NCBI RefSeq assembly: GCF_009914755.1
Contig: NC_060941.1
Reading direction: 5' to 3' (one strand)
From: the human T2T-CHM13v2.0 reference genome, Homo sapiens
DNA length: 64,000 nucleotides
Numbering within the stretch: position 1 is the stretch's first letter; every line of letters begins with the position of its first letter. The position numbers and the translations under genes were made by a program. Positions 12,046-26,740 of this stretch are shown piece by piece. Below the pieces are notes generated by a model. It was not told the DNA's origin and ran no database searches. It saw only the letters and a program-made list of their open reading frames with translations.

Positions 12046-14419
12046 CTATTAGTTAAATTTATACACACCCCTCTGAATTCTCAATGCTCAACAAAAAGTT
12101 TATACTTGTCATCTGTCTACAAATTCACCACAGAACTTAATGAACCAAGGATGTTCTGTACTTAAGGCAAGTGCGAGGTGCATATGGTAAATTTTCTGTC
12201 TTGAGAAATCTGCCACCAGTTCTCTAGTTTAGACCTCATGGAGCTCCGTGTTTTCACCCATGAAATGTGAATTATAACGCTGATCTCTGACTCTGCCTGG
12301 GTACAAGGAAAACCTGAAGAAGACTAGGCCTTTAGGGAGAAATCTTATAAACAGGGAATGCTTAGGGTAATTTGAAGAATCAGAGCATGAGTTTGTAAAT
12401 TAGCACATTTCAGTTACAGAGGTTCCAATCACACAGGACTCTAGATGTCGCTCGATGAGGGCACAGGGCAAAACCAGCTGCTTTTTGGGTTTGTCAAGCA
12501 TCTCAAGTTATTTCTCAGGAGTTGGGGTTTGGCAAAGCCTGAAATCCACGTTGCCAAGTCCTTCTTTCCCCCCTTAATTTTTAAGCCCATGTGTATTTTA
12601 AGGGAAATTTAATCCACATGTTTCTGTTTCCTTTACACTTAACTCATAAAAATGGTTTGTCAGAGCAATTTGATGTCCCAGAAATCTTTGGAGCCTTTAT
12701 AATGATATTTTTTAGCCTTTCCTCTCTCCCTTAGACACAGGAAATTGTTTTTTTTTTTTTTTTAAAGAAAACGAATTGAACTGAAAGTCTCAAAGTCAGT
12801 AGTGATGGGTCAGACAGACAAGCTCAAGGAGCAATGCATTTGAGAAAATGTCATCTTTCACTGCTGCTCCTAAGGTTGATAGGAAGATAGATTCCACACT
12901 TAGGCAGATGTCAATCATTGGCAATGTGCTGTGATGGAGTCCTCAGATATTTGATTGGTTGCCCACCAGCCTGAGAGTCTTTCTCCTATTTGTGCTTCTG
13001 TACTGAGAGATCTGTTCCATGTTGCTTAGAATTTGGGTCCCTCCACCTTAATCAAATCCTGAAGTTCAGCATTAGAAACTCATGCATACAAGTAGTCTAA
13101 GAGAACTGTAGCCACTAATTCCAAAACATAGTAACTGTTTTGTAGGATAGCTTTCCACATCGTCCCTAGAGAGAAAACACAGAATTTGGCATGCTTGTAT
13201 TAGTAGCCATAGGCAATGTTCTCACAAAGCTTGGTGAAGATGACATTCCTCCAAAGTTAGTGAGTTTCCTGTCACTGAAAGGATTCACACAATGTCCCAG
13301 ATATCCACAGTGCAGGCAGAAATGTCCCATGTATTTGTACCACCTCTCAGCCATAAGAGGGGATATCTGGAGTTGTTTGACCTGCATCAGCTCCACGTTG
13401 TTAGCCATGTCACCTCTTCCACCCTCAGCTGGCATTCATCTTTATTTGTCTCCTTCCTGGCAACATGCTCACCGCCAGATTGGGCTGAATCTTTCTGGAC
13501 ACTAAGGGTCACAGAGTCTTACATTGTGTGACATGTAATAGTTTGGAACTAATCAACCATAATGGCTTGGTTTAATCTGAAATGCTCTAAAATCATCTGG
13601 CTGGCTTATCTCAACCCATTTTCACTACACAGCATCAGAACTCTGTAGTGCAATGGCCCAAGCTAAGGCTTTCTCTGCCCCAGGGGCCAAAAGCTAGGGG
13701 AACACTTGTCTCCCAAAACAAAGCTGCAAATAAGAGATCCAATCAAAGAACGTCCTGGTGGCTTCTACACCTAGCCCCATTTAGCTGGATTTACTGAATG
13801 ATGAAGACACAGAGCTTTGAAGGGCTTCTCTCCATCACTAAATTAGCTTATAATAGAGATAGAATGGTGAAACTCTGAACCTGAATGGCTGAATGAAGAA
13901 TAATTGATAAGCATGTCTGTAGAACATGAACACCGAACCAGGGTACTGAGACTGCATATGACATTGACTTTGGATCTTGGAAGAGAATAGAAAACAACTG
14001 ACAGGAAGTAGCCAGTCTTAGAAATTCAGTGAGTCTACAGGGCCAGGTGGATATCAAGGTTTTACATGATTAAGATGTTGTAGGCAAGTGCAATGATCAG
14101 AAATCTACCACTCTTCAACAGTCTTGGCAATTGAAAAAGGAATTCCTTGGCAGGAATTTACTTTATAGATTAACCACTTTAAGCCTGGTCCTGGATCATA
14201 TATTACCTTACTGAATCTACAGAACTTTATGGTAAGTATCATTCTCCCTATTTTACAGATGAGGAAACTGGGGCTCCTAAAATTACTTACTGGGGAGACC
14301 AAGTAACTTGTCCAAATTTGCGTAGTTAAAAAAACTTGTCCAAATTTGTGTAATCTTCTGGAATTCAAACACAAGTCTGTTAACCTCCAAAGCCTGTACT
14401 CTTTCTTTAAAAGAAAAAT

Positions 14420-14730
14420 GCCGGTAATCCCGTTCCTTGGGGAGCCTGAGGCAGGAGGATCACTTGAGACCAGGAGTTTGAGACCAGTCTGGGCAACATA
14501 GCACGACCTCATCTCTACAAAAAATTAAAAACTTAGCCAGGCATGGTGGCAGTCCCAGTTAATCATGAGGCTGAGGTGGGAGGATTGCTTGAGCCCAGGA
14601 GTTTAAAGCTGCAGTGAGCCATAATCACATCACTGCACTCCAGCCTGGACAACAGAGTGAGACCTAGCCTCTACAAAAAAAAAAAAAAGAGAGAGAGAGA
14701 GTGAGAGAAAAGAAGAAAGAAAAAAGAAAA
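14420..14730 (+). mobile_element. AluJ, 5'-truncated, with (GA)n/A-rich tail
   Basis: gaggcaggaggatcacttgagaccaggagtttgagaccagtctgggcaacatag and ggaggattgcttgagcccaggag are J-type diagnostics. Confidence 0.9.
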
Positions 14731-15839
14731 ACGTATTTGTCTAATTACAACAAAAGTTCTTGATATTAATAGAAACCCATTCAAACTTAAAGAGATAGAG
14801 AACAGAGTTAAAAGTTAAAGTTCTTCATAATCCTACCCCCACAAGATAACCATGTTAATAAGACAGAGTATATATTTCTATATTTTCTACGCATAGGCTA
14901 CCAAACCAAGAGACATACATATAAATTTTTTACACAAAAATGAGAACTGTTCTAGAACTTGCTTTTTAAAATTCTTCTTGAATATCTTTCTGTGTCAAGT
15001 AATACATACCTACCAGATCCCTTTAAATAGCTGCATGGTATTCTATTCTAAGAATTGTCATGGTTTAAAGTCCATTAAATAGTTTGACTGATTTCAACTT
15101 TTGGTGACTAGAGGCACTACTGTAATGAAATGTATGCTGCCTGTTTATATGTTATTGCACATTTAGTGATGGATAATTATAGGATAATATGTAACTCATG
15201 CTCTGTCTACTACACAAGGGCACTTCCTTTGGCTTCCACCAAGGGATGTTGTTGATTTCTCAGTAAGTTGGATACCAAATTTTCAGACAAGTAATTTTAT
15301 CTTTCTTTTGGACTTCATCCCTAGGGAATCTAAAAGCCAACAATTCCATTAGACTTGAGGTAAAATCAACACAGTCCAACTCTGAGGCAGTACAGTTAGC
15401 AGAGTCATGAAAGTGTCCTTTTATTTATTATTACATTCAATAAATACCTATTGATTTGTTGGTGTTGGGGATGAGGGTACAGGCGTGTGCAAAGTGCTGC
15501 ACTGGATCCTGGTTAAACAGTGGTAAATCTGGTAGCATACCTCTAGGCCACTGGAGTAAATAGTATGTACAAAATTCATCTGCTGCTCAACACCAAATTG
15601 TTGCCATCCAAGCTGACGAAGCCATAATATCACCAGAACCACTCTACAATGCTCACTTTAGTTTTTATGCCAAGGAACCACTAATGGGAGGTATGTTAAA
15701 GGAGGTTAAACCAGACTATTGAAGCAGGCTATTTTCACAGTGGATCAACTTTTTAATTAAGCTTCTTATTTTGAGATAACTGTAGCTCTACACACATGCT
15801 GTTGAGAAAAATAATAGACGGAGATTCCATGTGCTCTTT

Positions 15840-16153
<314 letters not shown>

Positions 16154-17121
16154 AGATTCCATGTACTCTTTACCCAGGTTCTTCTAGTGGTAACATCTTC
16201 CATCCAATGATAACAGTACCACAACCAGAATATTGATATTGTCAAGAAACAGAACATTCCCATCACAACAAAAATCCTTTAACTTGCCATTTTATGATCA
16301 CACCCACTTCCCTCCTGCCCCTACCCCCTCCTTAACTCCTGACAACCACTAATCTGTTCTCTATTTCTATAATTTTACATTTCAAAAATGTTATATAGAT
16401 GGAATAATATAGTATGTAACGTTTTAATGTTGGCTTTTTTCACTCAGGATAACTCATCAGGGTGGTTATGTGTATCGAAATTTTGTTCTTGTTTATTGCT
16501 AGGTAATATTCTATGGAATTGATGTAAATAACAGTTTATTTTAACCATCTGTTGAAGGACAACTGAGTTGTTTTCAGTTTTGGCTAATATGAATAAGGCT
16601 TTAATAAACATTTGTGTACAGATTTTTGTGCAAACCAAAGTCCTTATTTCTCTGGGATAAATGCCTAGTAGTGCAGTTGCTGGAATATATGTTAATTACA
16701 TGCTTAGTTTTAAAAAAAATCTCCCAAACTGTTTTCCAGAATGGTTGTACAATTTCACATTCTTACTCAATGTATGAGTGATCCAGTTTCTTCACAAACT
16801 CACCAACATTTGGTGTTTTCTTTTTTTTTTATTTTAGTTATTCTGATAGGTTTAATGTGATTGTGGTTCAATTTGCATTCCCCTAATGGCTAATGATATT
16901 GAATATAATTTCACATACTTATTCAATGGCTAATGGTGTTGAGTATAATTTTACACATTTATTTAAAATGCTTGTTGCATTTTTGCCATCTATAAAACCT
17001 CTTCAGTGAAATATCTCTTCATGTCTTTTGGCCATTTCCGCATTGGAATATTTGGTTTTTATTCTTGAGGTTTGAAAAGTCATTATATATTCTAGATACT
17101 TGTTCTTTGTCAGATGTATGG

Positions 17122-17493
17122 TGTATTAGTCCATCCTTAGCCTGCTGTAAGGACATACCTGAGACTAGGTAATTTATAAAAGAAAGAAGTTTAATTGACT
17201 CATAGTTCTGCAGGGCTTGGGAGGCCTCAGGAAACTCACAATCATGGCAAAAGGGGAAGCAAACACATCCTTCTTCACATGGCAGCACCAAGAAGTGCCA
17301 AGCAAAAGAGGGAAAAGCCCCTTATGAAACCATCAGATCTTGTGAGAACTCACTCACTATCATGAGAACAACCTGAGGGTAACCACCCCCATGATTAAAT
17401 TACCTCCCACTGGCTCCCTCCCATGACACATGGTGATTATGAGAACTACAATTCAAGATGAAATTTGAGTGGAGGCACAGCCAAACCATATCG
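17122..17493 (-). mobile_element. THE1-family MaLR solo LTR
   Basis: tgtattagtcc...cagccaaaccatatc termini; 5-bp TSD tatgg at 17117-17121 and 17494-17498. Confidence 0.9.
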
Positions 17494-18502
17494 TATGGCT
17501 TGAAAATATTTTTTCTCACTCTGCAGCTTTTCTTATGGTGTTGAATATAATTTCACATATTTATTTCAAATGCTGATTTCATTTTTGCCATCTATGTATC
17601 CTCTTCAGTGAAATATCTCTTCATGTCTTTTGCCCATTTTCTCATTGGCATATTTGGTTTTTATGGTTGAGTTTTGAGAAATCTTTATATATTCTAGACA
17701 CTTGTTCTTTGTCAGAGGTATGCCTTGAAAATATTTTTGCTCACTCTGTAGCTTGTCTTTTTAGCTGCTGAACAGGATCTTTCACAAAAAGTAAGTTCAT
17801 GTTGTTAAAGTCCAATTTGTCATTTTTTAATGTTATGGATGTGCTTTTGGTGCCAAGTTTTAAAACTCTTCCTAGTACTAGACCCTGAAGATATTTTTCT
17901 ATGTTTTTTCTACAAGTGGTATCATTTTACATTTTATATTTAAATTTGTAGTCCATCTTGAATTAAATTTCATATATAAGATGTGAGGCTTAAGTTGAGG
18001 GTTGTTTTTTTGGTTTGGTGTTTTTTGCCTCTGGATGTTCACTTGCACCAGCATCATTTGTTACGGTACTACCTTTTCTATGTTGGATAATTTTTGCACC
18101 TTTGTCAGAACTCAGTTGGCTTATTAGTATGGGTTAGTTTCTGGATTCTCTGTTCTGTTTCATTAATCTATATGTCTATCTCTCTGCCAACATCAGACAG
18201 TCTTGATTACTATAGATACACAGTAACTCTTGAAATTGAGTAACCTTATTCCTCCCAATTTATTTTTGTCTTTCAAAATTGTTTTAGCTATTCTGGTTCG
18301 TTTGCCTTTTCAACTGTATTTTAGAAAAATCTTTTCCATACCTAAAAAACGTCTTGCTGAGAGTTTAAGAAGAATTGTATTAAATGTATATGCTAACTTG
18401 GGGAGAATGGACATCTTTACTATGTTGAATCTTCTAATCCATGAACACAGTATGTCGTTCTATTTATTAAGATCTTGATTTTTTTCCACTAGCATTTTGT
18501 AG

Positions 18503-20447
<1,945 letters not shown>

Positions 20448-20454
20448 AAGATTT

Positions 20455-21765
20455 TAATTTTTTTGAGCAATTGTAAATGGTATTGCACTTTTAACTTGCA
20501 TCCATGTAGTCATTACTAGTATACATAAATACAATTGATTTTTGTATGTTCATCTCGTATCTTGTGACCTTGCTGAACTCATTTATTAGTTCTAGTGGTC
20601 TTTTTGTAGATTTGTTGGGATTTTCTACAGACAATAATTTCATCTGCACATAGGAATGGTTTTATTTTTTCATGCCAGTGATTTTTTTCTAGTGAGCATT
20701 TCAATAAAATGCCTTTTATTGCATTTTCTTGCTTACTATTACTGACTAGAACTCACAAAATTATGATAAATAAGAGTGATGAGAGCTGCCTGACTTATTC
20801 TTGATCTTAGGGGGAAGCATTGTCTTTTACCATTTACTGTTCATGTTAGCTGTTGGATTTTTGGTAGATGTTCCTTATCAAGCTGAGGATGTTCGTTCTG
20901 TTGATATTTTCTGAGCGTTATTGTCATGAATGAATGAATGCTGAATTTTGTTTAATGCTTTTTCTGCATCAATTGATATGATTATGTGAGTTTGCGCCTT
21001 TTATCTGTTAATATGGTGAATTACATTGATTGGTGTCCAAATATTGAATAAGCCTCGCATCCATTGAATAAACACCACTTTGTCCTGGTATATAATTATT
21101 TTTATATGTTTCTGAATTCTATTTGCTAATATTGGTTAATGATTTTTTGCATCTACATTTGTGAGTAATATTTTCTTTTTTGGCACTGTCTTTATCCAGT
21201 TTTGTTACCAAGATAATATCAGGTTTATAAGACAAAATATTATGTGTTCCCTCCTCTTTTGGGTTGGAATTTGTGTTAATTCTTTAATTCTTTTTGGAAC
21301 GTTTGGTAGAAAATTCTCCAGTGAAACAATCTTGGACTAGACATTACTTTTTTTGATGTTTCTAAATTATAGATTCAATTTCCTTAATGGTTAAAAGACA
21401 GTTAAAATCATCCATTTCATATTGGGTGAGTTGTGATAGTCTGTGTTTTAAGAAAGTGGTCCATTTCATTACAGGTATCAAATTTATACTTATAAAATTA
21501 TTTATTATAGTCCCTTATTATCCTTTTAATATCTGTACAGTTGGTAATGACATCTCCACTTAATTCCTGATATTGGTAAATTGCATCTCTTTTTCTTTTT
21601 CTTCAACAGTTAATAGAGGTGCCAATTTTATCTTTTAAAAGACATTTTCTCTGTTTCATTGATTTTCTCTATTGTTTTTCTATTATCAATGTTATAGATT
21701 TCTGCTCTTTTTTTGATTCATAGATTGGAAGAATTTTCTAAAATCTTTTTTGGCTTTCTTGTGGT
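20455..21765 (-). mobile_element. Continuation of the old L1M
   Basis: Degenerate ORF2 antisense sequence continuing across the L1PA insertion. Confidence 0.7.
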
Positions 21766-21766
21766 A

Positions 21767-22470
21767 CAATGGTGCCCTTTCATCCACAGGGGATACATCC
21801 CAAAACCCCCAACAGATGCCTAAAATCCTGGATAATACTGAACCCTATATACACTATGTTTTTCTTATACATACATACCTATGATAAAGTTTAATTTATA
21901 AATGAGGCACAGTAAGTTATTAACAACAATAACTAATAATAAAATAGAATACTTATAACAATATTCTATACTAAAAGTTATGTAAATGTGTTCTCTCTCT
22001 CTCAAAATATCTTATTGCACTCTCTTCACCTTTCTTCTTGTGATGATGTGAGATGAGACAATGCCTACAGGATGAGATGAAGTGAGGTGAATAGCACGGG
22101 CGTTGTGATGTAGCACTAAACTACTCCTGACTTTCTGATGATACATCATAAAGAGGATCATCCGCTTCACATGATCCTGGATCGTTGAGCCATGATGATG
22201 TCAGTAGTTAGGTATCAGGAGCAGATGAAATCAATGACTAGGGGCGTGTAGTGTATACCACATGGATACGCTGGACAAAGAGATGGATTCACGTCCTGGG
22301 CAGGACATTGAGGTGGTGCAAGATTTCATCATGCTACCCAAAATGGTGTACAATTTAAAGTTTATGAATTGTTTATTTCTGGAATTTACCATTTAATATT
22401 TCCAGACTGCAGTTGACCACGGATAACTGAAACCACAGAAAGCAAAAGCACAAATTAGGAGAGACTGCTG
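21767..22470. mobile_element. MER44-family TcMar-Tigger element (~700 bp)
   Basis: gggatacatcccaaaaccccc...atacatacatacctatgataaagtttaatttataaa...ggataactgaaaccacagaaagcaaa. Confidence 0.8.
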
Positions 22471-22492
22471 TGCTTTTGCAAATTAAAAATTG

Positions 22493-22795
22493 GGCCGGGT
22501 GCAGTGGCTCACGCCTGTAATCCCAGCACTTTGGGAGGCCGAGGCGGGCGGATCACGAGGTCAGGAGATCGAGACCATCCTGGCTAACGTGGTGAAACCC
22601 CATCTCCACTAAAAATACAAAAAATTAGCCAGATGTGGTGGCAGGTGCCTGTAGTCCCAGCTACTCAGGAGGCTGAGGCAGGAGAATGGCGTGAAGCTGG
22701 GAGGCGGAGCTTGCAGTGAGCCGAGATCGAGCCACTGCACTCCAGCCTAGGCAACAGAGTGAGACTCCATCTCAAAAAAAAAAAAGAAAAAAAGA
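22493..22795 (+). mobile_element. AluY
   Basis: gagatcgagaccatcctggctaac and ggagaatggcgtgaa...gcggagcttgcagtg diagnostics; TSD aaatta[a/c]aaattg at 22480-22492 and 22796-22808. Confidence 0.95.
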
Positions 22796-22808
22796 AAATT
22801 ACAAATTG

Positions 22809-23365
22809 GATATAGCTAAGGTGTACAATTCCATGTTCTGATATATATTGTGAAATGATTATCACTAGCAAGCTAATTAACATATCCATCATCTCACAAT
22901 TACTTTGTGTGTGTGTGTGTGTGTGTGTGTGTAGAACATTGAAGATCTACTCTAATAACAAATTTCAAGTGTACAATTCAGTATTATTAACTATAGTCAC
23001 CATGCTGTACATTAGATCTCTAGAACTTATTCAGCCTGTGTAACGGAAATTTTGTAACCATTGACCAACGTCTCCCCATTTCCTCCTCCTGCCCCCAGAT
23101 CCTAGCAACCACCATTCTACTCTCTGCTTCTGAGTTCAACTTTTTTAGATGCTACACTAGAGTGACGTCATGAAGTATTTCTCTTCTTGTGCCTGGCTTA
23201 TTTCTTACTTCATTTAGCATAATGTCCTCCAGGTTTATACATGTTGTCACAAATAATAGAACTTCCTCCTTTTAGGGCTACATAATATTTCTCTCTCTCT
23301 CTCGCTCACTCTCTCTCTCGTGTGTTTGTGTGTGTGTGTGTGTGTACCACATTTCTTTTATCCAT
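22809..23365 (-). mobile_element. L1MA-type 3' end containing (TG)n and (CT)n(GT)n microsatellites
   Basis: aagctaattaacatatccatc...tattattaactatagtcaccatgctgtacattagatctctagaacttattc. Confidence 0.75.
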
Positions 23366-23545
23366 TACTCACTGTTCATGTGAAGGTGATTCTTTTTATA
23401 AAGTATTGGCTCTGCCACCTACTAGCCATGAGACTTGGGCCTTACTTTTCTCATCTGTAAATTCAGATGCTTCTAATGCTACTTCCCATCACAGGGTTGC
23501 TGTGGGGTTCAAAAGAATTGGTGAGTATAAGGGACTCATCAAGTA

Positions 23546-24067
23546 CAGGTTGAGCATCCCTAATCCAAAAATCCAAAATCCAAAATGTACCGAACTCCAA
23601 AACTTTTCAGTGCCAATGTGATGCTACAAACTACCCTGAGTACGTTATATTTTCACTGTATTAATGTATGTCATTTTTTTTACTGTTAAGTACTTATGTG
23701 TGAAAATGTATACAAACATGATTGCTTATTGGTAGCATATAAATTCAGAGACAGGAATGGCAGTGATGCCAAACAACCACAGATTGTCTACGTGGGTGGC
23801 TGTGATAGTGATACTTTTGCCTTCTGTTGGTTCAGTGTACACAAACTTTGCTTCATGCACAAAATTAGCAAAAAGTGTTGTATAAAATTACCTTCAGGGT
23901 ATTTGCATTGGGTGTATATGAAATGTAAGTGAATTTTGTATTTAGACTTGGGTGACATCCCCAAGGTATCTCATTATATATATGCAAATATTCTAAACTC
24001 CAAGAAAAAATCCAAAATCTGAAACACTTCTGGTCCCAAGCATTTCAGAGAAGGGATACTCAACTTG
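23546..24067. mobile_element. Tigger4/MER46-family TcMar-Tigger element
   Basis: TIRs caggttgagcatccct / agggatactcaacttg flanked by TA at both ends. Confidence 0.85.
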
Positions 24068-24839
24068 TAGTCCCATTATTTTGTGATATCGGTGCTGTTA
24101 TTTTGTGATCACTCTCTGATCACAGAATCTAGAACTCTTCGCGGTCTCCTCTTCAGGCCTATGGTTCACCTGAAAACTTGGTTCTAAAAAGAAAGAGCCA
24201 TTCCTAAATATTCTATTCCCATTGGACGTTATCTTCCTTCACCCCCACCACCCAGTGTTGGTCTGACTGCAGTGGGTCTGCCCCTCTATATCCTGAGGGC
24301 TACCATGTGGTTACTGGAAGCTATCCTCAGCCTATCTGATAGTAGACCTGTGTTCTGTGCTTCTGCCCACTCCCACCTTGGCTCTGATTTGCTTAAAATT
24401 AAATGATACTTTTCTGTGAGAAGGTGCTTGATATTCCACATGTGTCTGGCTGCCAATTCCCAGAGGCCTTTTGATTTGACCCTGTCTGTGGCCCAGCACT
24501 GCCTATCTAGTCTAGACCCAGAGTATAAAAGAAAGCCAATCCCAGGAGACCTCAGGGTTAGCATCTAGGCATTATTTCTGCTGATCTTACTCTGACCCAT
24601 TCTCCCAGTACCTCCTTTCACACTCCTTTAGTTGAATCCCTAACATAGGTACTTCCCACTTTCTCGGAGCCTCTCTCCTAATCCCGGCTGCCCTAACTGC
24701 CAAATCTCTGGCCCTCCATGGTCCTCCACAGACCTCCTTTCCTTTGCTCGTCTCCAGTTTTTCAGTCTTTGCTACCTGTCGCCTGCTGGAAAGGTCACTA
24801 GCTTCCAGCCTCACACCTCTCCAAACCTGCATCTGATTT

Positions 24840-25500
24840 TGTCGTTCATCACATATTTGTAGGGCACCCACTATGTGCTAGGCACTATGCTAAACCTTGG
24901 GGTATTATAGTGAATAAGGGATGGATTCCCTGCTCCCATGCAACTCACAGTCTAAAAGGGAGCAGACTAACAAACGACAAGTAAAGAAAGTAGTTACAAA
25001 CTATGGTTGGTGCTTTTAGAAAAACAACAGTGGGGGCGGGCACGGTGGCTCATGCCTGTAATTTCAGCACTTTGGGAGGCCAAGGCAGGTGGATCACGAG
25101 GTCAGGAGTTCAAGACCAGCCTGGCCAAGGTGATGAAACCCCGTCTCTACTAAAAATACAAAAATTAGCCAGGCATGGTGGTGGGCGCCTGTAATCCCAG
25201 CTATTCAGGAGGCTGAGGTGGAGAATTGCTTGAAGCGGGGAGGCGAGGTTGCAATGAGCTGAGATCATGCCACTGCACTCTAGCCTGGGCAACAGAGCGA
25301 GAATCCAACTCAAAAAAAAAAAAGAAAAAAAAACCAGGGTGCTGAAATAAAGATTAATGGACATGAGGGAAGGGTATTTCCTCTCTGAGGAAATGATATT
25401 TAAGCCAAGACCTGAGAGATGAAAGGGAGCCAGTCCCATGAAACAGGGACAGATGTTTTAGTCAGATGGAACAGTATGTGCAAAGATCTTAAACAGGACC
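24840..25500 (-). mobile_element. L2 3' fragment interrupted by Alu
   Basis: catatttgtagggcacccactatgtgctaggcactatgctaaac; continues after the Alu (ctctctgaggaaatgatatttaagccaagacctga). Confidence 0.65.
25034..25332 (+). mobile_element. AluS (Sg-like)
   Basis: ggatcacgaggtcaggagttcaagaccagcctggccaag; A-rich tail. Confidence 0.93.
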
Positions 25501-25939
25501 TCATATGAAGCTGTGCAGATTGTTCAGGGCACAAACAAGCCTGGTCATGGAGGTAAAGGAAGTGCTGAAACCCAGCCAGGCTCTGTTCCCCAAGCAGTGT
25601 GCCACAGTAAGGGGAAGGAACAGGTTCTTTTTCTGAGCCTCATAAAGACACTGTGTGAGCTAGTAGTAATCTGAGCCTTGAGGTGGAAAGAGGATGGCTC
25701 TCAGTCCTTTTCTCTTGGTCCTTGGGCTGCAGCCTGGGTTCACATCCTGGGATCTTGCACTCAGCTTACAAATACCCATCCCCATATGCCTGCCCATTCT
25801 TAGATTAGTCTATGTTTGATCTTATCTATCAAATGATAACAACTCAGATTTACATGGCATTTTACATTTGCTTCAAATCTCATCTGATCTTCCAATTTCT
25901 CTGTAAGGTAGCTAAGGCAGGCATTATTCATTAATTATA

Positions 25940-26740
25940 ATTTGCATAAAATACCATGAATAGATTTTGTGTTTTGGTTAGTTATGTTTCAATAATTGTA
26001 TATACCCCCTAACCAACACCTAAATCAAGATACAGAACATTTCCAACCGGCCTGAAAGTTTCCTTCTGCCACTGTCCAACCAAATATCCCACCAACCCAG
26101 TACAACCTAGGCAGCCAGTGTTTTGATTTCTGTCACTATTGATCAGTTTTTTCAGTACTTGGTCATCAGGGGAATGTAATTGTGTAGTAAGTATTCTATT
26201 GTGTCTAGCTTCTTTTGCTTAATCTGATGTTTCTGAGATTCATTCACATTATTGTATGTCTCAGTAGTTTATTCCTTTTTTATTGTTGAGTAATAGTCCA
26301 TAGAATGAATATACCACAATTTGTTTAGCTATTACTCTATTCATGATATTTGGGCTATTTCCAGGTTGGCTGTTTTAACTAAGACTGCTATATTCTTGTG
26401 TAATTCTTTCCGTGAGCATTTATTTCTCTTTCTTGTGGGTAGAACCCAGAAGTCGAAGTGCCGAGTCATAAGGTATATTATATTTAACTTTGTAAAAGAC
26501 TGTCAAACAGTTCTCCAAAGGTATACCATTTTATACTCCAATCAGCAACCTAAAGGCACTATAGTTGCTCCACAACCTCACCAACTCTTGGTTTTAGCCA
26601 TCATAGTGGGTGTAAACTAGTATCTCATTTTAATTTTATTTTATAATTCTCTGAGGACTAATCATATTGAGCACCTTTTTATGTGCTTATTGACCATTTG
26701 TATATCTTCTATTGTAATATGACTATTCTAGCATTTGCAG
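25940..26740 (-). mobile_element. Old L1M 3' fragment nested in a MIR
   Basis: aaatcaagatacagaacatttcc...gagattcattcacattattgtatg; MIR halves on either side. Confidence 0.65.
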
